Source of the DNA: a virus
DNA: 64,000 bases
IMG/VR virus record: IMGVR_UViG_3300035698_012962
Span: 1 to 64,000 of that record
Direction: 5' to 3' (one strand)
The notes under the pieces were generated by a model that saw only the letters and a list, made by a program, of their open reading frames with translations, was not told the origin of the DNA and ran no database searches. The position numbers and the translations under genes were made by a program. Positions 9,514 through 18,747 of the stretch are shown one piece after another. Position 1 is the stretch's first letter. Each line of letters begins with the position of its first letter.

Positions 9514-12369
9514 TTACAACCCTCGTGTTAACGTTTTTACCACCCACTCATTAGTAACCGTTTCTGCTAATAATCTTAAATTACCACCTGATAAATCAAC
9601 CGATAATACTACTTCAGCGGTATCACCAATATCCTGTGTTGAAGTTTCTGTAAATTCAACAGTCGTTCCATCATGAACTGAATATACAGTACCAGCTCTT
9701 AAATTACTTCCCTTACTTATAACGAAATCGAAAAATCCTGCGGAATATGTTGCCGATGGAATAGTTGCAATAACTCGTAACGCACCCGTGTCAACATCAA
9801 TGTTTTGTTGATTGGAAAGTTGAGTGTTACCTATACTCACATTTCCACTGAATATAGAATCAGAACTAAATGTTTTAACACCACCAATTGTTTGTATACC
9901 CGAAGTCCGAACAACCGTAGAATCAACCGTTAAATTCCAAGTCCGATCTCCTGCCAATGTTTGCCCTGCTCCGCCCGATAATCCATCACCTGAATTAATT
10001 GTGATTGTTCTTGTAGTTGGAACTGCACCTAAATCACCTACTGTGTAAGTAATAGATGTATCAGTTCCCGTTGAAGATGTAATTGTTCTAGTTCCACCTG
10101 TTCCACTTGAACCTAAATTAGTTGCAACATTGACTTGAGCGCCTGCTTCTATACCATCTAATTTATTCTTTAAAATAGTTGTGAATTGTTCATCAGTAAG
10201 TGAAAATGTAGTTCCCGATAATGTAATACCCGTTCCAGCTGAATAAGTAGTATTCGTATCCGTTGAGGATATATTTACTACCCCAGGTGATGGATATGTC
10301 ACAGTTATATTAGTACCTTGTACAATATCTAAATCACCACCACTTCCAATAGTAATTCTCTGTGTACCATTAGTTTTTAAATTCCATGAACTATAATTGT
10401 CGGCCGAAGTTGCTATCCCATCCAATTTAGTTTTATCAGATGAAGTCATCACACCTGCTAAAGTAGTACTTACAGCACTTAATGTAGCATTGGTTCCTGT
10501 TGATGATGCGATTGGTACAGTTGTAGTTGTTCTTGTGCCTTCTGATATATTTGTACCTGGCACATTTACTGTAAACGTTGAATCAACTCCTTGATTTGCT
10601 GTCCATGTGTCCGAACCTGTTGCAATTCCAGAAGTTGCAAGTGTAAGTGTATTATTATTAACACCAATATCCCCAAGTGTCCAAGCATATGTAGTAGACC
10701 CATTTACAGAACGAGTAGTCCCTCCAATAGTAATATTTCTAGCCGTGCCCCAAGTAGATGTTGTGATACCCGCCGAACCATCAAACGATGTACCGTTTAT
10801 AGTTCTTGCAGTTTGTAAAACAGTTGATGTACCTGCATTTCCTGATATACTTACACCTGATAATGTTTGTGATGCTGAAGTACGATTTATTGGAATGGAA
10901 GTTGTACCAACAAACATTGTTTGATCTACGTTAGCTTTACCATTCAATTCATTTTGTAAATCTGTTTGATTTGAAAGCGTTCCACTAATTTGTCCCCAAA
11001 TTGCAGTCTGATCTGTTAGTTGTATGTATTCAGTACCACTCCAACGATACATGAATCCCGTATCAATTGCAATATATACTTTATTCGCTTCACCCGTTAC
11101 AGGAAAATCACCCAAAGTATTATATGAATTAACTTCTTCAAGTACCGATAAATCTGGAGTATTTTGAATACCATTATAATCTATTTGAGCAGACCCACTA
11201 ACTAATGTTGGTTTATTTAATATTGAACTAAATTCAGGATCAACATTAACTTGAGCACCTGATTCAATACCACTTAATTTTGTACTTGCATCCGATCCAC
11301 TCCACCACGATAATGTACCTTGTCTTACTCTTTGTGATGTCCATGCTCTTCTCGTAGTTGAAGTTCCTGTTTCAGCTTCCAATTGTGATACAGTTGAAGC
11401 TGTCCATTCTCTTGCATCGGATAATCTTATGTCATTTCCTTGTGTAACTGTATCTGATATAGTTCCGAAATTCTTATTGAAAGCAGTATTCTTTGAAAAT
11501 GAAGGTTCAGCGCCAATTTCTGGAAGTGTCCAAGTAACATTACTCCCACCATTTACAGATTTTCCCGTAGTACCGATTGTAATAGTACGTGAAGTTCCCC
11601 AATTTGTAGTAGTAATATTTTGGGAACCATTAAAAGACGTACCATTAATCGTACGAGCGGTTTGTAAAATTGTAGCAGTAGATGCATTCCCATCAAGTGA
11701 GCCGGAAAAAGATCCAGTGTTATATGTTTGTGTAAAGTCAGTAAAATCGGTTCGTATGCTTCCACTCTCTGTTTCTAACGAGTCCAATCTACCATATTGG
11801 ATAGTTTGTTGATTATTTAGAGATGATGTGTAAGAAGTGAATTCTGAACGTATTGATCCACTCTCTGTTTCCAACTCACCTAATCTATAATTTTGAGTAG
11901 ATTGTTCTAAATTAACAGATGATGTGTAAGAATTGAAGGATGATGTTGTATTAAATCCAAGGTTTATTATTTGGAAAGAACTAGATACAACATTTTCAAT
12001 ATCTAATTTTTGTTTAATACCATCTGTGAAATGTAATGAACCTGTTTGTAATGTTAATGTTATATTTCCTGATGATCCGCCACCTGATATTCCAAGACCA
12101 GCATCTACTCCAGTGATTGCACCTGCTTCCGTAACCGCTTGATTAACTCTATCTTCTACTGCCTTTGCAGTTGGTATTTGATTATCGGTTGATGAGCTAC
12201 TAACTTCAGTTGTTATATTATTTAACGAACTGATTCCAATATTTGTGAGATTATTCCCATCACCGTTAAATGATCCTGTGAAAGATGAAGCAATAACGTT
12301 CTCATTAACTTGTAATGAATTTAGACTAGCATCTGATCCAGATGTGATAAGCTTTTTCCAATTTGGCAC
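9514..12369 (-). CDS. Tail fibre protein, mosaic paralogue of 5499-9419
   Basis: GTG start (MPNWKKLITSGSD). Shares the ARTINGTSF, SADNYSSWNL, GAEPSFSKNT and KLDGI modules. Coiled-coil repeats LETESGSIR. Confidence 0.8.
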   Translation of the reverse strand: MPNWKKLITSGSDASLNSLQVNENVIASSFTGSFNGDGNNLTNIGISSLNNITTEVSSSSTDNQIPTAKAVEDRVNQAVTEAGAITGVDAGLGISGGGSSGNITLTLQTGSLHFTDGIKQKLDIENVVSSSFQIINLGFNTTSSFNSYTSSVNLEQSTQNYRLGELETESGSIRSEFTSYTSSLNNQQTIQYGRLDSLETESGSIRTDFTDFTQTYNTGSFSGSLDGNASTATILQTARTINGTSFNGSQNITTTNWGTSRTITIGTTGKSVNGGSNVTWTLPEIGAEPSFSKNTAFNKNFGTISDTVTQGNDIRLSDAREWTASTVSQLEAETGTSTTRRAWTSQRVRQGTLSWWSGSDASTKLSGIESGAQVNVDPEFSSILNKPTLVSGSAQIDYNGIQNTPDLSVLEEVNSYNTLGDFPVTGEANKVYIAIDTGFMYRWSGTEYIQLTDQTAIWGQISGTLSNQTDLQNELNGKANVDQTMFVGTTSIPINRTSASQTLSGVSISGNAGTSTVLQTARTINGTSFDGSAGITTSTWGTARNITIGGTTRSVNGSTTYAWTLGDIGVNNNTLTLATSGIATGSDTWTANQGVDSTFTVNVPGTNISEGTRTTTTVPIASSTGTNATLSAVSTTLAGVMTSSDKTKLDGIATSADNYSSWNLKTNGTQRITIGSGGDLDIVQGTNITVTYPSPGVVNISSTDTNTTYSAGTGITLSGTTFSLTDEQFTTILKNKLDGIEAGAQVNVATNLGSSGTGGTRTITSSTGTDTSITYTVGDLGAVPTTRTITINSGDGLSGGAGQTLAGDRTWNLTVDSTVVRTSGIQTIGGVKTFSSDSIFSGNVSIGNTQLSNQQNIDVDTGALRVIATIPSATYSAGFFDFVISKGSNLRAGTVYSVHDGTTVEFTETSTQDIGDTAEVVLSVDLSGGNLRLLAETVTNEWVVKTLTRGL

Positions 12370-12498
12370 GTTGTAGTTATTTTATTAGTTTAATGCGGGC
12401 GAGCCAAATACAACAATAAAGTGTATGTATAGTTTATTATCTATATAACAGACAAAACTGTTAGTATATATATTATTCTAAATACGTTTATCATCGCG

Positions 12499-12551
12499 GT
12501 TGGTTACAATATTATTATTGCCCACTTCCCTATATATTATATAAGGCCAAC
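12499..12551 (-). ncRNA. Candidate three-way-junction structured RNA in the leader of the fibre gene
   Basis: Minus strand reads GUUGG-[CCUUAUAU aau AUAUAGGG]-AAGUGG-[GCAAUA auaa UAUUGU]-AA-CCAAC. The G-U pairs work only on the minus strand. Confidence 0.45.
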
Positions 12552-12557
12552 AATCAT

Positions 12558-12755
12558 TTATTTTCTGTATTTATTTACGTATTGATTTTGTAATTTTGAT
12601 ACAATGTTATATAATAATTCTACACTCTCTCCTTTAAAAGAAGTGGTTTTAATTATTTCAAACAAAAATTCATATTCGTTTTTAGCCAATTCAAAATTTG
12701 GCTCTTGCTTCTTTGTTACCTTTGATTCGTCTTTTTTCTTTTCTATTAATCCCAT
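12558..12755 (-). CDS. Small hypothetical protein, possible fibre assembly factor
   Basis: 65-aa ORF co-oriented within the tail operon. Confidence 0.65.
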   Translation of the reverse strand: MGLIEKKKDESKVTKKQEPNFELAKNEYEFLFEIIKTTSFKGESVELLYNIVSKLQNQYVNKYRK

Positions 12756-12778
12756 TTTATAACCAAACTTTTATTATT

Positions 12779-13783
12779 TTATGTCCAAATAAATATATCT
12801 CCCTGAGCATCTACTCTTATGTTACCTACTTTATCATACTTACCACCGAATTGTCCAGAAGCGCCTGTTGTTACGGTAGCTACATACGCTTCAGATGTAA
12901 TACCCACCTGATTGTTTGCATCTGTAGCTTCGTTAAATCCCCATCTATCATCTGATGAATTATATATAAAACCAGCTCCAATACCATTTGATTCATCAAT
13001 AACAATACCACCTTTTTGTGTTGCAGATTGATTAGAACCAGAATTTAAAAGAATGAACCTATCAGAAATCTCTAAATTAGTAGTATTTATAGCAGTTACA
13101 TCACCACTTACTATTAAGTCACCACCTATTGAAGCATTTCCACCTACGATTAAATTATTTAAACCTGATACGGTTACATCATCATTAAATGTAGAAGTGC
13201 CTGTAACAGTTAAATTACCACCGACACCTGCATTTGTAGTAATGTCCAAAACGTTACCAGCGATTGTCCCTTGAATAGTAACATTTGTTGGCAACCCGAT
13301 AGTTACTGTTCCATTTGTTCTACTAACTGTTGTTTGATTGGCTGTACCTGCGATAGATAATACGGCACCAGTAGCTGAATTTGCTAAACTTACATTACCG
13401 CTTGTTACAGTAAACCCATCTGAATTAAATGATGAAATACCTTTTTGGGATGTACTACCATCTTGAACATTAATAGTAACTATTGGATCTACACCTACAC
13501 CACTAACAGTAGTAGTTACTGCAGTTCCACCTAAAATTGATAGTGATCCTTCCAATAAACCAACTTCTCCATTAGTTGAAGAACCTGACACCCTCAGTTC
13601 TACAGGGAGTCCAATTATTCCTGAGCCATCTCCTGTAAACGAGCCTGAAAACGAGCCTGATAATTTAGTATCTTCCGAACCACTGATAATTTGAGTTGTA
13701 CCAACTCGCACTACGTTATCTACGTTTAAACTTTCTAGTTCTGCTGAAGAACCAGAAATGATAACCTTTTTCCATTGCGCCAT
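12779..13783 (-). CDS. Tail fibre/spike structural protein
   Basis: MAQWKKVIISGS start like 9514-12369; beta-helix-like GNLTV.G repeats; NTTNLEISDRFILLN motif. Confidence 0.7.
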   Translation of the reverse strand: MAQWKKVIISGSSAELESLNVDNVVRVGTTQIISGSEDTKLSGSFSGSFTGDGSGIIGLPVELRVSGSSTNGEVGLLEGSLSILGGTAVTTTVSGVGVDPIVTINVQDGSTSQKGISSFNSDGFTVTSGNVSLANSATGAVLSIAGTANQTTVSRTNGTVTIGLPTNVTIQGTIAGNVLDITTNAGVGGNLTVTGTSTFNDDVTVSGLNNLIVGGNASIGGDLIVSGDVTAINTTNLEISDRFILLNSGSNQSATQKGGIVIDESNGIGAGFIYNSSDDRWGFNEATDANNQVGITSEAYVATVTTGASGQFGGKYDKVGNIRVDAQGDIFIWT

Positions 13784-13820
13784 ATAATTTTTATTTAATA
13801 GTTACTGTACATAACATACT

Positions 13821-13829
13821 TATAAGTAT
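13821..13829 (-). promoter_or_regulatory. Putative late promoter
   Basis: TATAAGTAT about 38 bp upstream of 13783. Here it is part of the perfect palindrome ATACTTATAAGTAT (13816-13829). Confidence 0.5.
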
Positions 13830-13854
13830 AATTATAATATTTTTTTAAAACCTT

Positions 13855-14607
13855 TTATCCTCCATTAATTCCGACAAAAAATGCACCATCTGTTGAATAA
13901 TACACTCCACCAGAAATTGGTGTTGGTGGGATAGAATGCGGTTCCAATATTAATATCCCGTCTTTTGTAACCTTCATTGAACCTGATACAACTACTTCCG
14001 CATTTTTAAATGTTGTTTTTTGTTTATATTCATAATCGTTATGAGAGTTCCCAACCGTTAATTCAGTATCATTTGGTTTTTGGGAAATTAAAAAATTAGA
14101 TGATGCATCCCATAATATTGTATCTTTTATAATAAATGATTCAAAATTTCCATTACCTTGAAATGAACCTGAAAATGAACCTATTACATTATCAGTTAGT
14201 GTGAAATCAACTACTCCACCTGATACGATCAATGAAGATGAAAAGAAAAGTTGATTAAGCGTTGCCGATCCTGATACAATTAAATCTCCATTGACATTTA
14301 CAGTATCATCAACTATAGAAAATATATTGGTAAAATCATCAAAAGATGCTGTATATGAATTAAAATCATTTCGTATACTTCCACTTTCTATCTCTAATTG
14401 ATCAACTCTTCCATAAATAATTGATGATTCGTCTTTAAATTCTTGAATAAGTAAACTAGCCCTTGCACGTTCTGCAGATATTGTAGTTGTATCAAATCTT
14501 AATAGATAAGGTGATACATTATCTGGAACTACAACGTTATATGTAGAGTTATTTGCTGGTAATGAAAAATTAACACTACCACTTAATTCAGGTATTCTAA
14601 TTATCAT
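13855..14607 (-). CDS. Structural/fibre-associated protein
   Basis: Contains the YGRVDQLEIESGSIR segment also found in the 9514-12369 fibre; SGS-rich. Confidence 0.65.
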   Translation of the reverse strand: MIIRIPELSGSVNFSLPANNSTYNVVVPDNVSPYLLRFDTTTISAERARASLLIQEFKDESSIIYGRVDQLEIESGSIRNDFNSYTASFDDFTNIFSIVDDTVNVNGDLIVSGSATLNQLFFSSSLIVSGGVVDFTLTDNVIGSFSGSFQGNGNFESFIIKDTILWDASSNFLISQKPNDTELTVGNSHNDYEYKQKTTFKNAEVVVSGSMKVTKDGILILEPHSIPPTPISGGVYYSTDGAFFVGINGG

Positions 14608-14609
14608 AA

Positions 14610-15038
14610 TTATGTATATTCTATATCACGAGTAATATCTGGCTGTAGTGTGAAATTTCCTCGAATTGGTGTGATTATAGTACCATCTGGTTGTTTCATT
14701 TCTAAATCATACAAATATACATTTGCATTAAATTTCATGTCCGCCGCTGGTACTAAAATATATAACTCATCATTTGTTGTACCTGTTGGATCGCCGTTAT
14801 CAATATCATATTGCTCAGCTGTTGTTGAACTACCTGAATAAAAATTAGAATCACTAAAATGAATAACTGGTTCAGTAGATTTCAAATTTAATCTGAGTTG
14901 CATATTAAATTCATAGTCAGATAAATCCAATGGTATTTCAACACCATTTAAATCATAATCACTTATTACAAACAATTGTCTAGAAAATGTGTCACCTCTA
15001 TATGCGGTAAGTGGAAGGTCTATAATATTAAGTTCCAT
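14610..15038 (-). CDS. Small beta-sandwich virion/baseplate accessory protein
   Basis: YRGDTF...PLDLSDY...MQLR...YLYDLEM...G.FTL.PDIT pattern typical of phage BppU/LtfC-like Ig-fold adaptors. Confidence 0.6.
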   Translation of the reverse strand: MELNIIDLPLTAYRGDTFSRQLFVISDYDLNGVEIPLDLSDYEFNMQLRLNLKSTEPVIHFSDSNFYSGSSTTAEQYDIDNGDPTGTTNDELYILVPAADMKFNANVYLYDLEMKQPDGTIITPIRGNFTLQPDITRDIEYT

Positions 15039-15060
15039 AGTATTGTATATTTATTATATG

Positions 15061-15069
15061 TATAAGTAT
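15061..15069 (-). promoter_or_regulatory. Putative late promoter
   Basis: TATAAGTAT about 23 bp upstream of 15038. Confidence 0.55.
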
Positions 15070-15092
15070 TAGAAAAAGAGAAAAGGATGAAT

Positions 15093-15124
15093 AAAAAAGG
15101 GAACCTAAATTAATAAGTTCCCTT
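15093..15124 (-). terminator. Intrinsic terminator after the neck/tail-completion genes
   Basis: Minus strand AAGGGAACUU...AGGUUCCCUU stem followed by a U tract. Confidence 0.75.
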
Positions 15125-15147
15125 GGTAGTATATAGATATGAAACTG

Positions 15148-15891
15148 TTATTTAAGTGTTTTATCTATTTCTGTAGATATTATCGTTTGTTTTGTTGTAT
15201 ATCCAGTTGATGTAGTTGGTTTATTATTAAACATTTCAGGTAATAAATATCCATTTACTTCTAATGAAAACATTGTCTTAATCACTCGTTCCGACCCTTC
15301 TGCCATTGATTGTTCTGTATCAAATGAGTCAATTTTAGTTTTAAATTTGAACCTATCCTTATCACCCCAATATTCATTACCAGCAAACTGTACAGCTTCT
15401 ATTAGCTTATTCATATGTTCTGTATAATTTGTCCACATAATAGATTCATATGTAATCGTAACATACGTTGGCATTGTGATATTATACACTTCATATTCTG
15501 GATTGATATTATTCAATAAAGAAAATCTATCATATCTATTTCGTTTTGAATATTTTTTAATAGAAGGATAGGTTACATTTCTATCAAAGAGTTGCATACT
15601 ATCATCTCTATTTAAGTTATTCCGTTTTATCATCACTAATGGAATTTGGATTTGTCCTCTTTGATCTCTCAAAAATCCATCTCTTCTTGCAGATACCCAT
15701 CGTTCTGCATTTCCATAAATCACAGGAACGGTTAGTGTTTTCCCATCCAATTGTAAAGTAGGAATTACTATATTTTCTAAATACCCTATAATAGCTCCAT
15801 CAATATCCTCTAATACAATTCCCAATTGTTTATCTTCAGGTGTAGTTATATTATGTGCTCTATTTTCTATATTATCTAATGGAGATTTCAT
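15148..15891 (-). CDS. Tail terminator/sheath stabiliser (T4 gp15-like)
   Basis: VPVIYGNAERW...P...P.YVTITY motifs; follows the neck genes. Confidence 0.65.
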   Translation of the reverse strand: MKSPLDNIENRAHNITTPEDKQLGIVLEDIDGAIIGYLENIVIPTLQLDGKTLTVPVIYGNAERWVSARRDGFLRDQRGQIQIPLVMIKRNNLNRDDSMQLFDRNVTYPSIKKYSKRNRYDRFSLLNNINPEYEVYNITMPTYVTITYESIMWTNYTEHMNKLIEAVQFAGNEYWGDKDRFKFKTKIDSFDTEQSMAEGSERVIKTMFSLEVNGYLLPEMFNNKPTTSTGYTTKQTIISTEIDKTLK

Positions 15892-15892
15892 A

Positions 15893-16366
15893 TTATTCTA
15901 CCCTTTCTTCTATATTCAAACTACTTCTTCTTACTAAGAACGTTTCACATACAATTGAAAATCGTTCATTTGGATTCACTTTACCTGTTTGTCCACCTAT
16001 ATACTGATCATCTCTTATATTGGATATTTCAAAGTAACTTTCATTATGAAATATTACATCGCCGATTTCAGGATATATTTCTTTCTCTTTTAACGTTTTT
16101 CTATGTAATTTATACTCAACCGTTTGTGAACTATCTGGTCCAAATTCTTCGTATCCTGTAATTGTGTTATCTCTTGCTATTAATCCAGTTACTTTAACGC
16201 CTGGTAAATACCATTTATTTAAACTCTCCCCATATAAATTTGTTTTCGTTTCATTCATAGAAAGTTTAAATATAATCAATGGTGTATCAACGACATCATC
16301 CACCAGTTCTCTTGCAATAGAGTTAAAAAAGCTGATATCTCTTTCTAAGTTAAACCTTGGAGCCAT
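15893..16366 (-). CDS. Head closure/neck protein (T4 gp14-like)
   Basis: NLYGES...YPEIGDVI...YFEI motif; synteny with gp13-like and gp15-like genes. Confidence 0.65.
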   Translation of the reverse strand: MAPRFNLERDISFFNSIARELVDDVVDTPLIIFKLSMNETKTNLYGESLNKWYLPGVKVTGLIARDNTITGYEEFGPDSSQTVEYKLHRKTLKEKEIYPEIGDVIFHNESYFEISNIRDDQYIGGQTGKVNPNERFSIVCETFLVRRSSLNIEERVE

Positions 16367-16367
16367 A

Positions 16368-17522
16368 TTATCCTATGTAAATTGCCATTGGTACTTTTCG
16401 TAGCATTTCTTGGTGGTATTCAGATTCTTGAGCTCTCTGTTCCATTCTATTTTTTCTAGAAAGTTCTTCTAAATTTTCTCTTAGTTGTTCTAATAGTTGC
16501 GTCTTTTCTTCAGATGCCTCAGACCGTAATGCCGCACCATCTAATGAAACTTCTGAATCAGGTATTGGAATTGATGAGTATTTTTCTCTAACGGCTCCTA
16601 ATAATTCTTTGGATAGCGCTAATGTATATTTACGTATCCATTGCTTACCAACATCATTTATTTTTGAATATGGTATATTAGAATAACCAATATTAGAATA
16701 GTCTGAAACGACATTATCTTGTACGTGAATTTGCCCATCTCTTATTTCATCACCTATATAATATTCAAAATACAATTCTCTGGGACCACTTGGTATCGGA
16801 AATATTTGTAATTTATTATTAACAATATTAAATGAAAATGTGGATTTTCTAATTTGGTCATTAAATTCGATTGCCTGTATTCTCAATAAATCTTCATAAA
16901 GTGGCATCATCACGAATTGAGTTGCAGGTGAGAACCCACTAAATCCAAATTCTCCCATCATATTCATTGTACCCATACCTGATGTAACCATTGGATCAAA
17001 AAAACGAGATATTGCAGGAGTTCCTTCATGGAACACTCTATTAACTATAAGCCTACATCCATTTTCTTCTACATCTCCATATAATTTCTGTAAATCATAT
17101 ATTTGTTTCCCAGCTTCTAATGAAATACTTCCACGTTTAATATCTGTTTTACCACCTACACCTGCTAATGTACCATATGAATCTGCTAGTTCTACTAAAA
17201 ATTGTAAGTTAGTTCCTTCAACTAATTTACCAGAAAGTTGTTCGTTAGAAGATCTTCCTTGAACTGAATCTAAATTGTTTCGAATGTTGAATTGATTTAC
17301 TTGTGCTGAATATTCGGTAATAGATTCTTCAAAACACGCATAAAAATTAAGATCAACCAATTCGATGTTCTGTATAGGATATCCTAATCTAGTTGCACAC
17401 CACGAAGCTACTTTCGGTGCATCTCTTTGAAATGTTGGTTCCTTATCATAAAACCCAAAAGGAGTTTTTCCTTCTTCAATTACCGAACCCGAACCTTGCC
17501 ATATTTTTTCTGTATCACTCAT
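16368..17522 (-). CDS. Neck/adaptor protein (T4 gp13-like)
   Basis: RLGYPIQNIEL...WIRKYTLALSKELLGAVREKY..IP....VSLDG motif. Confidence 0.75.
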   Translation of the reverse strand: MSDTEKIWQGSGSVIEEGKTPFGFYDKEPTFQRDAPKVASWCATRLGYPIQNIELVDLNFYACFEESITEYSAQVNQFNIRNNLDSVQGRSSNEQLSGKLVEGTNLQFLVELADSYGTLAGVGGKTDIKRGSISLEAGKQIYDLQKLYGDVEENGCRLIVNRVFHEGTPAISRFFDPMVTSGMGTMNMMGEFGFSGFSPATQFVMMPLYEDLLRIQAIEFNDQIRKSTFSFNIVNNKLQIFPIPSGPRELYFEYYIGDEIRDGQIHVQDNVVSDYSNIGYSNIPYSKINDVGKQWIRKYTLALSKELLGAVREKYSSIPIPDSEVSLDGAALRSEASEEKTQLLEQLRENLEELSRKNRMEQRAQESEYHQEMLRKVPMAIYIG

Positions 17523-17544
17523 AGTTTTATATATTGATTATATG

Positions 17545-17553
17545 TATAAGTAT
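17545..17553 (-). promoter_or_regulatory. Putative late promoter
   Basis: TATAAGTAT about 23 bp upstream of 17522. Confidence 0.55.
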
Positions 17554-17598
17554 TAATTTCCTAATAAATAACCATTTTTATTTGAATAGATAAAAAAA

Positions 17599-17627
17599 TT
17601 GATTTTAAAATTTATATTTCGTATATT
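17599..17627 (+). promoter_or_regulatory. Sigma70-like promoter TTGATT-N17-TATATT
   Basis: Hexamers at 17599-17604 and 17622-17627, upstream of the + strand gene at 17736. Confidence 0.5.
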
Positions 17628-17735
17628 TATTGTTATATATCAACATTTATAAGTTCTGAGTCATTATGGCTTAAAATAGTATATCATGTACTGTAAAAGA
17701 ATTTGTGAATATAACTAAACATTAAGAGGTATATT

Positions 17736-18587
17736 ATGAAAAATGATAAAAAAACCACGTCTTGCTCAAGCGGCAATATTAATTTTAACAACACAACAAC
17801 CTCATCATATTATTACCAAGTATTCCACGATTTACCATCAGCGGATATTTGTGTAAATAACAACCGATTAAAGTATTACGATGATGAAAAATGCTTTCTC
17901 AATGGTGGAGATGAATTCCAAATTGAGTTAACTAACAATTCTGATTTTAGGTACTTAGTAAAAATCAAAATAAATGGAAAATTCATATCAACATCTGGAT
18001 TAATTATAGAACCACAATCACATCATTATTTGGATAGATTTATTGATAAGAATAAAAAATTCAAATTCAATACATTTATGGTAGATGATGTAGATGAAAC
18101 GAAAGAACAACGAGAACGAAATGGTAAAGTTGAGATTTTATTTTACAAAGAAATTCAACAATGGGCTACCATTTGTCCGCCGAATATTACATATACTGGC
18201 AGTCATACATACGATCCAGGTGTATATTTTGGAGGTGGTGTTAATACAAATTCATTAGGTGGTGGAGGTGGTGGTTCTTGGACAACTAATGCGGGAACTG
18301 CTAATATGGAAAATGTAAGTAATACTACATGCAACTTTTCCAACACATCACTTTCACAAGTAGAAACAGGCAGAGTTGATGAAGGTAGTAAATCCAATCA
18401 AAAATTCAAGAGTAGTAGTGGTAACTTCTCATCCTTTAGTGATAAACATCAAGTATTTCACATACTGCCAATATCACAACGTCCACCTGAAGAAATAAAG
18501 AAGATTAGAACATACTGTGAAGAATGTGGATTAAGAATCCGTAAATCCTCATGGAAGTTCTGTCCAAAATGCGGACATAAGTTTTAA
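17736..18587 (+). CDS. Hypothetical protein with C-terminal double zinc ribbon
   Basis: 283 aa. Beta-rich N-terminal domain, low-complexity linker, CEECG...FCPKCG. AGAGGT upstream of the ATG. Confidence 0.75.
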   Translation: MKNDKKTTSCSSGNINFNNTTTSSYYYQVFHDLPSADICVNNNRLKYYDDEKCFLNGGDEFQIELTNNSDFRYLVKIKINGKFISTSGLIIEPQSHHYLDRFIDKNKKFKFNTFMVDDVDETKEQRERNGKVEILFYKEIQQWATICPPNITYTGSHTYDPGVYFGGGVNTNSLGGGGGGSWTTNAGTANMENVSNTTCNFSNTSLSQVETGRVDEGSKSNQKFKSSSGNFSSFSDKHQVFHILPISQRPPEEIKKIRTYCEECGLRIRKSSWKFCPKCGHKF

Positions 18588-18600
18588 ACTAAACCGCATT

Positions 18601-18635
18601 AAAAAACCCTCTACTATTTAAAGCGAGGGTTTTTT
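18601..18635. terminator. Bidirectional intrinsic terminator
   Basis: AAAAAACCCTC...GAGGGTTTTTT between convergent transcription units. Confidence 0.75.
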
Positions 18636-18720
18636 GTTCCTTTTCGTAATATTAGTTTTGCCATCTAAAAAAATGATTAAATAAATTATTAATGTCTATA
18701 TTATATAAGTATAATATTTT

Positions 18721-18747
18721 TTAATTATTAGACACAACTATTTTTTG
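18721..18747. repeat. 27-bp direct repeat, left copy
   Basis: TTAATTATTAGACACAACTATTTTTTG; 26/27 identical to 21939-21965. Confidence 0.85.

Noticed and set aside
818-12369. Possible diversity-generating retroelement (near-identical repeats in adhesin genes)
   Set aside because: No reverse transcriptase in the window; the repeats are in-frame internal modules without an adenine-specific mismatch pattern.
12499-12551. Hammerhead ribozyme or tRNA reading of the three-way junction
   Set aside because: It lacks the CUGAnGA/GAAA core and any T-loop or cloverleaf. No tRNA gene was recognised elsewhere by eye.
1117-13274. Many short Pro-rich or Val-rich + strand and alternate-frame ORFs in the ORF track
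   Set aside because: They are shadows of Gly/Thr codon bias in long minus-strand structural genes and have no independent signals.
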